From Chloroflexota bacterium (lineage in GTDB: Bacteria > Chloroflexota > Dehalococcoidia > UBA2979), in assembly GCA_003228125.1 (NCBI GenBank), contig QGNP01000001.1, positions 1,261 through 65,260 of the forward strand: DNA of 64,000 bases. Direction: 5' to 3'. The notes beneath the pieces are model-generated. The model worked only from the letters and a program-made list of their open reading frames with translations. It was not told the origin of the DNA and ran no database searches. The stretch's first letter is position 1. Each line of letters begins with the position of its first letter. Of the stretch, positions 56,637-64,000 are shown in pieces. The translations under genes were made by a program, and so were the position numbers.

Positions 56637-57245
56637 ATGAATAACAATCAATCAGATAATGTAGAAGTATTTTTAGCAAAAGCCGTTGCAGATAAATTAA
56701 TTAGTGCAGCTAATAATTTTCCAGAACCTGTAGCAGGAGTTCAGCTGTCTATTAATGGTAGAAAAGATGGAGCATTTGATCATAAATTATCATTGATTGA
56801 TAAAGGCACTGAAAATCCATTGGATATTGTTCAAGAAATTAATGAAACACTTAATTTATATATTGAGATTAAAAATGCGGAATATTTACATGGACTAAAG
56901 ATTGATTTTGATGAAACCAATAACAGTTCTAATGGTTTTATTTTTAATAATCCTAACCCAATTTGGAAAGAGCCCATTGCAATAAAATTACAAAAATTTT
57001 TTGATGAGCAAGTTAATCCATCAATTGCTTCTCATGGAGGAATGATTAACTTGATTGACATAAAAGGTTCTTCTGCATATGTAGAAATGAGCGGTGGATG
57101 TCAAGGATGCGGAATGGCAAGTGTGACTCTGAAGCAAGGAGTGGAAGTTATGGTCCAAGAAGCAATACCTGAAATTACCGAACTTATTGACAGCACAGAT
57201 CATTCTAGTGGCGAGAATCCTTATTTTGCTTCTGAAAAAAAATAA
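56637..57245 (+). CDS. nfuA: Fe-S cluster carrier NfuA
   Basis: Degenerate A-type N-domain ending F.FNNPN; NifU domain VNPSIASHGG, MSGGCQGCGMASVTLKQGVE, TDH..GENPYF. Confidence 0.92.
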   Translation: MNNNQSDNVEVFLAKAVADKLISAANNFPEPVAGVQLSINGRKDGAFDHKLSLIDKGTENPLDIVQEINETLNLYIEIKNAEYLHGLKIDFDETNNSSNGFIFNNPNPIWKEPIAIKLQKFFDEQVNPSIASHGGMINLIDIKGSSAYVEMSGGCQGCGMASVTLKQGVEVMVQEAIPEITELIDSTDHSSGENPYFASEKK

Positions 57246-57249
57246 CGAA

Positions 57250-58692
57250 ATGATTAGTTCAAAATCACCATCTCAAATTTTAAACGTAGTACTTATTTCT
57301 TTATATGATCTTGGCCATCAGCCACTTTCAATTGCTTCAGCAGCTGCCTTGCTTAAAGAGTATAATTGCAATATAGAAATTATCGAATTATCTAATTTAA
57401 AAATAGCGAAAGAATCTATTAAGAATGCAGAATTAATTTTACTTTCTGTTCCAATGCATACTGCCGCACGTATGGCAGTTAAACTGGTACCTGAATTGAG
57501 AAAAATTAATTCTGATGCACATATATCTATATTTGGACTTTATGCATTGCATTTGCAAGATGCTTTAGATGAAAGAATAATTGATTCTGCAATTTCTGGA
57601 GAGTTTGAATCATCTCTTAAAGTTTTAGTTGAAGAATTACTCACTAATCAAAAAGAAGATGATCGGTCTATTAATAGTTGGATAAGTCCAAAAATAAGTT
57701 TTGAAAGACAAATTTTCTTAACTCCTTCTAGAGAAAATTTGCCACCATTAGAACAGTATGCAAAAATGTCGATTAACAATAGTGAAAAACTTACTGGCTA
57801 TATTGAAACGAGTCATGGCTGTGCCCATTCTTGTCCTCATTGTCCAGTTACGGCAGTTTATCAAGGAAAATTTAGAATAGTAGATAAGAAATCAATATTG
57901 AAAGATGTAGATAATTTGATAAAAATAGGAGCGGAACATTTTACTTTTGGTGATCCTGATTTTTTTAATGCTCCTAAGCATTCTCTTGATATAGCATCAT
58001 CAATAAAGAAAAAATATCCTCATATAACTTTTGATGCAACTATAAAAGTTGAACATATTTTGGAACATAAAGATTTAATTAAAAAATTAAAAGACATGGG
58101 ATTTTTGTTTATTATATCTGCATTTGAATCAACAAATAATCATGTATTAAATAAGCTTGAAAAAGGACATTTATTTAATGACATGCAACTTGCTATTGAT
58201 ATTTGCAAGAGCAGTAATTTGATTATTAAGCCAACATGGATTCCATTTACGCCATGGATGCAATTTTCTGATTATCCTGTTCTGATTAATTTTATAATTA
58301 AGAATGATTTAATGAATTTAATTTCTCCAGTACAATATGGCATTAGACTTTTAATACCTAAGCTATCCACTTTAGTTTCTCAATTGAATGAAGATGGCAT
58401 CAGCATAACTTATTCTAAAGAAAAATTGACATATGAGTGGGATCATTTAGATCCTAACGTTGATATTTTATTTGAAGAAATTACAAATTTAATTAATAAA
58501 GATATAAATACGGAAGAATTAAGCACTAATTTTTTTGATGACATTTACAATTTAGTACAATCAAAGACAAACAATTCAATGCTGCCTTATCAAATTATTA
58601 ATCATGAGACAGTTGGTTCTACAGAAGATTGGTATTGTTGTGCTGAACCAACAAATAGACAAATTTTATCTGTAGATTCTATTTTAAATTAG
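57250..58692 (+). CDS. CUAEP/CCAEP-tail radical SAM protein with an N-terminal B12-binding-like domain
   Basis: YDLGHQP, VPMHTA, CxxxCxxC (GCAHSCPHCP), HFTFGDPDFFN, DATIKVEH, PFTPW, C-terminal EDWYCCAEPT; ATG 57250. Confidence 0.9.
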   Translation: MISSKSPSQILNVVLISLYDLGHQPLSIASAAALLKEYNCNIEIIELSNLKIAKESIKNAELILLSVPMHTAARMAVKLVPELRKINSDAHISIFGLYALHLQDALDERIIDSAISGEFESSLKVLVEELLTNQKEDDRSINSWISPKISFERQIFLTPSRENLPPLEQYAKMSINNSEKLTGYIETSHGCAHSCPHCPVTAVYQGKFRIVDKKSILKDVDNLIKIGAEHFTFGDPDFFNAPKHSLDIASSIKKKYPHITFDATIKVEHILEHKDLIKKLKDMGFLFIISAFESTNNHVLNKLEKGHLFNDMQLAIDICKSSNLIIKPTWIPFTPWMQFSDYPVLINFIIKNDLMNLISPVQYGIRLLIPKLSTLVSQLNEDGISITYSKEKLTYEWDHLDPNVDILFEEITNLINKDINTEELSTNFFDDIYNLVQSKTNNSMLPYQIINHETVGSTEDWYCCAEPTNRQILSVDSILN

Positions 58693-59912
58693 GATAGCGT
58701 TATTTTAATTTGAGCATTAGCTTTTTGCAATGATTTTATTATGCCTTTTTTAGATTTTCCCTCCGCAAAAATAAAACCAATATATATATTTGCTTTAGGA
58801 AGTTTTTGTATTTTTTGATTTTTGTGTACTGTGATTTGAATATCTGTTATATTTTTTATTTTTTTTGCTTCATCTATCCCAGATATTGATTCAATAGTTC
58901 CTTCGTGAATAGTTGGTATCATCATTACTGCAGTCAATGTTTGTTTATTTTTAGCACTAAATTTATTTCCTAATGCATTATTAAGTATTATTTCTTCAAG
59001 AGTAATGTTGTTTTCAAATTGTATAATCCTTGCACATAAGCCACCAATTGATCTTGCGCCGACATCTATTGGATAGATGCCTGTTTTATTAACTCTATAT
59101 TCGATATGAACAGGGCCTTCATTAATTCCAATAGCTTCGATTGTTTTCTGTGAAGTTTGAATTATTTGATTAATAAAATGACTAGTACAAAGCGGCATTG
59201 ATAAATATATTGTTTCTTCAAAATAAGGACCTGTTAATGGTTTTGGTTTTTGAAATACTGCGAGCAACTTAAACCTTTTTTGTTCAACAATTCCTTCTAC
59301 TGCATATTCTTTTCCTGGCATGTAATTTTGAATAAGAATGTTTTCTTTTTCAAAGGCGTTATTGCATTCATTCTTGAGTTCATTTTGTAATAAATTAAAT
59401 AAAAAATTTTTGTTTTTTATGAATTCAATTTTATTATTAACCCTTATAACTCCTCTACTTGATGACAAGCCAAGAGGTTTAATAACTGATGGGTATTTAA
59501 TCTTATTTTTTTGATTTTTATTATTATTTATTAGAAAAAAATTAGAATCTATTAAATTATTTCTAAATAAAAGGATATTTAATATATATTTATTTTTTGT
59601 CGCGCTAACAGATTCAAATGAACTGTGATTTATGTTTAATTTTTTTGAAGCTAAGCTTGCTAACAATACTCCTTGATCGTCTACGGCTAAAATTTTGTCA
59701 ATTTTTTTTTGTATTGAAAAATTATATATTTTTGTAGTTGATAATTTTAGTTTATGAAAATCAAGCATGAGATAACGATCTGGTAACTTTTGACTAAGTG
59801 CCTGCGTTTGATCAGTACCTATAACTATATTAATTTTTATTTTTAGAGCAGCAACAATAAAGTCATTTGCCCTATAAGTGTTACCTGGTAATAGCAGAAG
59901 TATTCTTTTCAT
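58689..59912 (-). CDS. ATP-grasp domain ligase
   Basis: TYRANDF, YP.VIKP..LSSSRGVIRV, YMPG.EYAVEG, KP.PL.GPYFEETIY, GPVHIEYR, ARSIGGLC, YIGFIFA. Confidence 0.9.
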   Translation of the reverse strand: MKRILLLLPGNTYRANDFIVAALKIKINIVIGTDQTQALSQKLPDRYLMLDFHKLKLSTTKIYNFSIQKKIDKILAVDDQGVLLASLASKKLNINHSSFESVSATKNKYILNILLFRNNLIDSNFFLINNNKNQKNKIKYPSVIKPLGLSSSRGVIRVNNKIEFIKNKNFLFNLLQNELKNECNNAFEKENILIQNYMPGKEYAVEGIVEQKRFKLLAVFQKPKPLTGPYFEETIYLSMPLCTSHFINQIIQTSQKTIEAIGINEGPVHIEYRVNKTGIYPIDVGARSIGGLCARIIQFENNITLEEIILNNALGNKFSAKNKQTLTAVMMIPTIHEGTIESISGIDEAKKIKNITDIQITVHKNQKIQKLPKANIYIGFIFAEGKSKKGIIKSLQKANAQIKITLS

Positions 59913-59996
59913 TATTCTTCACATTTTCCTGCATCTTGTTTATAATTCATATATAGTTTATTAAAAATTTATATTTAATATAATAGAAAGTGAATC

Positions 59997-60929
59997 ATGA
60001 CAAATTTTAATTCCTTAGTTTTACCTTCAACTTTAAAACTTGAGTCAGGCAATAATGCGAATGCATTTTATGATATCCATCCTGGTCCGCTAGGAAACTA
60101 TCAAGTTATATTTACTAATGATGATGTTAATAGATGGGCAAGAATTTATGAAGATAGATTTCCATGGGCACCTAATGAAAATTCTATTTTATCAAATGTT
60201 GCTCCTGCATCTATTTTTTATTATCCTAGCATGAATGCTTTGAAGCCAATTAGATATTTTGGTGAAAAACCCAATGATCCAAATCCACAAGTATCCGGTC
60301 CTGGTGGCTTAGCAAGAATGTGGATGGAATTACATGGGCCTATTCCAATAGGAAAAAAAATCGATATTGATGCAAAAGTTACTGATAAATATCAAAGGCG
60401 GGGCATTGGGTATACTGAGTGGGGACTTGACGCTTATATTGATGGTGAATTAATACATAAGCATCGTAAATCTTGGGCGACTACAGTATCTAAAGAAGAA
60501 CTTGTAAAATGGCCAGAAAAAGCTAGTTCACCTAGGCCGCCAGAAATGAATGAAAATAGTAAAATTTTGGGGACATTAGAATATGTTACTTCTCAAGAAC
60601 ATGTTGACGACCTTGAAGGACCAGGTGAAATTAATAATCACACTGATGTACAGGCTGCGCTCGCAAATGGAGATCCTGCTCCTAGAGCTCAAGGCGCGCT
60701 TGCTTTTGGCTTGCTTTCGAGATTAATGTGTGAAGAAATTGGAGATAAATTTTATCTTTCAGGAACTTTAGACATTAAATTTGTTAATAATGTTTTTGCC
60801 GGTGACACCCAAAAAGCTAAAGGTGCATTTATAGAAAAAAATGAAGACAATATAAATATTTATAGAGTTTGGACAGAAAATCAATCAGGTGCATTGACAG
60901 CTATTGGTACTGCTACAGTTAAAGATTAG
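59997..60929 (+). CDS. Double hot-dog (MaoC-like) dehydratase family protein
   Basis: N-domain V.DKY.RRG; C-domain NNHTD..AA...G....AQG, LDIKF...VFAGD, W.ENQ.G....GTA. Confidence 0.75.
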   Translation: MTNFNSLVLPSTLKLESGNNANAFYDIHPGPLGNYQVIFTNDDVNRWARIYEDRFPWAPNENSILSNVAPASIFYYPSMNALKPIRYFGEKPNDPNPQVSGPGGLARMWMELHGPIPIGKKIDIDAKVTDKYQRRGIGYTEWGLDAYIDGELIHKHRKSWATTVSKEELVKWPEKASSPRPPEMNENSKILGTLEYVTSQEHVDDLEGPGEINNHTDVQAALANGDPAPRAQGALAFGLLSRLMCEEIGDKFYLSGTLDIKFVNNVFAGDTQKAKGAFIEKNEDNINIYRVWTENQSGALTAIGTATVKD

Positions 60930-60944
60930 TTATATTAAGAGATT

Positions 60945-60978
60945 AAGAGGATAGTTATATTAATATAACTATCCTCTT
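60945..60978. repeat. Perfect 34-bp palindrome between convergent genes; probable bidirectional terminator
   Basis: AAGAGGATAGTTATATT|AATATAACTATCCTCTT. Confidence 0.9.
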
Positions 60979-62225
60979 GGCAAACCTAAGCCACGAGTAG
61001 CAATAATATTTCTCTGTATTTCATTTGTTCCGCCAGCAATAGTTCGTGAGATGCTATGTACGGAATTTTGAGTAAATCTAGCATTCATCGGTGCCCATTT
61101 AGATAAAGAATCCCATATTTGTGCGTACAAGCCAAACGTTTTCATTCCTGTTTGTTGAAGTTGCTGTTGTACGCTAGCTCCGAAAACTTTTGATGTTGAA
61201 GCTTCATAATTAGGTATTTGATCTGCTGCTTGCATAGAAATAATTCTCATAGCAAAGTTGTTAAGTACTTCTGCTTCTATAAAATGATCTACTATTTTAT
61301 TTTTTACAGACGCCCTATCTTTTACTGTAGATTTTTTTACACCTTCTTCAGTTTTTAAAAATTTTATAAGTGATTGAATATCTTTTTTAAGCTCAACTGC
61401 ACCTGTAATATTAGAACGTTCATAATCTAATAAAGTCATTCCAACATACCAACCTCTATTTTCTTCACCTACTCTTCTTGAAATTGGAATTTTAACATCA
61501 GTATAAAATGATTCGTTAGTGGCATGTTCCCATCCACCACTAATAAGAGGCCTTACTTCTACTCCATTTTCTCTAGTATCAGCTAACACGAAGGTAATAC
61601 CACGATGCTTAGGTGCTTCAGGATCTGTTCTTACAAGCATAAAAAACCATGTTGCTTTATGTCCCTGTGATGTCCATATTTTTTGACCATTTACTATATA
61701 GTTATCACCATCTTTTACTGCTCTTGTTTGCAAAGATGCAAGATCTGAACCTGCGCCAGGTTCAGAATAACCTTGAGCCCATAATATATCTCCATTAAGA
61801 GTTTTTGGTAAAAATTCTTTTTTTTGCTCTTCTGTACCATGATGAATAAGTGTTGGTCCTAACATTGCTACGCCAGAACCTCCTACTAATGGAGCACCAT
61901 TTAAAGCTAATTCTTGCTTAAATATAAATTGTTCCATTGAAGAAAGCCCGCCGCCTCCATATTCCTTTGGCCAATGAGGAGCAGACCAACCATTTTCTGC
62001 CAAAGCTTCAGCCCATTCTTTAGCACCTTTTTTAGCTTCATCTGAACCAAGCGCTAGATCATGTTGCCAGTCTTCATGATATTGAATACCATTTTCATCA
62101 GCTTGAAGTGCTGTTCCTGCTGGTTTTTTAGATTTTTCTCTATAATATTGAGGCAATCTATCTTTAATAAAATTTTGCACTGCTGCACGAAAATTATTTT
62201 GTTCTTTTGTGTCTTCCCAGTTCAT
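60969..62225 (-). CDS. Acyl-CoA dehydrogenase (actinobacterial FadE-like)
   Basis: WPKEYGG, QGYSEPGAGSDLASL.TRA, NGQKIWTS, GEENRGW...M..LDYER, IAGGTNEIQRNIIA. Confidence 0.95.
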   Translation of the reverse strand: MNWEDTKEQNNFRAAVQNFIKDRLPQYYREKSKKPAGTALQADENGIQYHEDWQHDLALGSDEAKKGAKEWAEALAENGWSAPHWPKEYGGGGLSSMEQFIFKQELALNGAPLVGGSGVAMLGPTLIHHGTEEQKKEFLPKTLNGDILWAQGYSEPGAGSDLASLQTRAVKDGDNYIVNGQKIWTSQGHKATWFFMLVRTDPEAPKHRGITFVLADTRENGVEVRPLISGGWEHATNESFYTDVKIPISRRVGEENRGWYVGMTLLDYERSNITGAVELKKDIQSLIKFLKTEEGVKKSTVKDRASVKNKIVDHFIEAEVLNNFAMRIISMQAADQIPNYEASTSKVFGASVQQQLQQTGMKTFGLYAQIWDSLSKWAPMNARFTQNSVHSISRTIAGGTNEIQRNIIATRGLGLPRG

Positions 62226-62360
62226 TTTTGTACCAATCTATTGTTTTTTTTCAGATAAATTTTTCAATATTTTAAAAATTAATTATTATTAAAATAGAAT
62301 TCTATTATACTAGATAAGTTGCAAATTTTAAAATAGTAGACACATTTATAAAGGTTAATT

Positions 62361-63293
62361 ATGAACATTGTTATATTCTCTGGAGGAGTTGGTGGAGCAA
62401 GATTTTTATATGGATTAAAGGATTACAAAGGTATTGCTCAAATTAATTGTACTGTTATTTCTAATGTAGGGGATGATTTTTTTTGGAATGGATTGAAGAT
62501 TTGCCCTGACATAGATACTGTGATTTATCACTTAACTGATCAATCTGGAAAATTTGGATGGGGAATTAAGGATGATTCCTTCGAAGTCCTTTCAAATATA
62601 AAGTTTTTAGGATTAGATAGTTGGTTTAAAATTGGCGACAAAGATATGTCTACGCATTTATATAGAACTAAATTATTAGCTGAGGGAAAAACATTATCTG
62701 ATGTTACTCAGAGTATTAGTGATCTTTATGGGTGTTCTTTTAAAATCATTCCTATTACAAATGAGGAGTGCCCTACTACTATAATTAATATAAATGATGA
62801 GCAGATAACGTTCCAGGAATACTTTGCCAAACGACAATTTCAAGATCAGATAAAAGAAATTCAATATTTAAATAATTCAAATGCTTTGCCATCACCTGGA
62901 GTTATAGAAGCAATTAATAGTGCTGATTTGATTATTTTTCCTCCTAGCAATCCTTTTTTATCTGTAGAACCAATGCTTCAAATTCAATTTGTAAAAGAAG
63001 CTATTGTAGAATCAATAGCTAAGAAAATTGCTATTTCTCCAATAATCCAAGGACAAGCAATAAAGGGACCATTAGCAAAGATTATTTCTGATTTCGGAAT
63101 GGAACCAAATATTTTGTCTATTGCAAAATATTATAAAGAAATTATTGATACGATATTTATTGATGAAGCAGACATGAGTTTTAGTGAGTCAATTACTCTC
63201 TTAGGCATAAAGTCATTACCTGCAAATATTATTTTAACTGACAAAAACCTAAGTTCAAAACACACATCAGCAATATTGGATCAAGTAATATAG
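62361..63293 (+). CDS. cofD: 2-phospho-L-lactate transferase (F420 biosynthesis, CofD/FbiA)
   Basis: SGGVGGARF, NVGDD...GL.ICPDID, WF.IGDKD..THL.RT, FQEYF, PSNP.LS, SPII.G.AIKGP. Confidence 0.95.
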   Translation: MNIVIFSGGVGGARFLYGLKDYKGIAQINCTVISNVGDDFFWNGLKICPDIDTVIYHLTDQSGKFGWGIKDDSFEVLSNIKFLGLDSWFKIGDKDMSTHLYRTKLLAEGKTLSDVTQSISDLYGCSFKIIPITNEECPTTIININDEQITFQEYFAKRQFQDQIKEIQYLNNSNALPSPGVIEAINSADLIIFPPSNPFLSVEPMLQIQFVKEAIVESIAKKIAISPIIQGQAIKGPLAKIISDFGMEPNILSIAKYYKEIIDTIFIDEADMSFSESITLLGIKSLPANIILTDKNLSSKHTSAILDQVI

Positions 63294-63297
63294 GAGA

Positions 63298-63963
63298 ATG
63301 AAATTAAATATCAAAGCATCTAATAAGCAGTGTATTCTTTTAATACCTATTAAATCGCCTGATCGTGCTAAATCACGAATGACAGAATCATTAAGTTCAG
63401 AATCAATACAAAAATTGGTTAAAGCAATGCTTGTCGATGTTTTAACTGTAGTTACTAGCATTAAAGAATTTTATCCAGTTGTTATCGCTCCAAATGATTC
63501 ATATAGAAGCATTGTACAAGATTTTTCTGTTGATTATTTTCAAGATTCTGGCTTAGGATACAATGAATGTATAAAAGAATTTATGCATAACTATGCACTT
63601 AATAAATCAACAAAATTACTGATCGTTCCAGCAGATCAACCAAGAATCAAGCCTGATATATTGAATAATATAATGCAATTTATGAATAGTAATCAAATTG
63701 TTCAAGTACGTGCCCAAGATGGAGGAACAGGTGCATTGGGACTTAATCCTTTTGATATTATGCCTACTTTATTTGGTATCGAATCTAGTACTCTTCATCA
63801 TGATTATGCAATAAAAAATAATTTAAGAATTCATGAAATTTATGATAGTTGCCTGTCTTATGATGTAGATAAATTTTCTGACCTAACTCTGTCCGTAGAA
63901 CATTCTTTTGGAAATAAAACTCAATTGATAATTGATGAAATTATAGAGTATAATAATAAATAA
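63298..63963 (+). CDS. cofC: 2-phospho-L-lactate/PEP guanylyltransferase (CofC/FbiD)
   Basis: IPIK....AKSR, AML.DV, PAD.P, DGGT, FG..S...H, DVD...DL; follows cofD. Confidence 0.9.
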   Translation: MKLNIKASNKQCILLIPIKSPDRAKSRMTESLSSESIQKLVKAMLVDVLTVVTSIKEFYPVVIAPNDSYRSIVQDFSVDYFQDSGLGYNECIKEFMHNYALNKSTKLLIVPADQPRIKPDILNNIMQFMNSNQIVQVRAQDGGTGALGLNPFDIMPTLFGIESSTLHHDYAIKNNLRIHEIYDSCLSYDVDKFSDLTLSVEHSFGNKTQLIIDEIIEYNNK

Positions 63964-63974
63964 AGTAGGCAGTA

Positions 63975-64000
63975 ATGATTATTGATATGCATATACATGT
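63975..64000 (+). CDS. Start of a probable amidohydrolase-family protein (truncated by the window edge)
   Basis: ATG ATT ATT GAT ATG CAT ATA CAT = MIIDMHIH, the IDxHxH metal-binding start. Confidence 0.55.

Noticed and set aside
58630-58653. Possible selenocysteine in the radical SAM tail
   Set aside because: The codons are TGG TAT TGT TGT GCT GAA CCA; the nearby TGA is out of frame, so this is the Cys-Cys form.

Overview
Gene-dense, very AT-rich bacterial chromosome segment (about 30% GC or lower by eye, not computed) with tiny or overlapping gene junctions. The gene content fits a streamlined marine Chloroflexota of the Dehalococcoidia/SAR202 type: F420 genes cofD-cofC, two LLM oxidoreductases, four CaiB/BaiF CoA-transferase genes, acyl-CoA dehydrogenases, MmgE/PrpD, a racemase-family gene and DUF3090. 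That taxonomy is inference. The left half is mostly housekeeping: partial accD, a TPP riboswitch with thiBPQ, ilvD, murB, a class II photolyase, tRNA-Lys, pyrE, lepB, dcd, ribD-ribE-ribBA-ribH, dnaN and tRNA-Arg. The right half (37-62 kb) is a large CoA/flavin-dependent catabolic neighbourhood. No transposase, integrase, phage gene or CRISPR array was seen. The best leads are: (1) an nfuA / CCAEP-tail radical SAM / ATP-grasp module; (2) an unexplained ~220 bp non-coding block upstream of tRNA-Lys with five hairpins, three extended -10 boxes and mutually exclusive pairings; (3) several enzymes whose canonical catalytic residues are replaced (riboflavin synthase, Cys-less racemase, crotonase, alpha/beta hydrolase); (4) a tandem pair of uncharacterised split-barrel flavin/F420-binding proteins; (5) a perfect 34-bp palindrome and TTAG-core tandem repeats in intergenic spacers.
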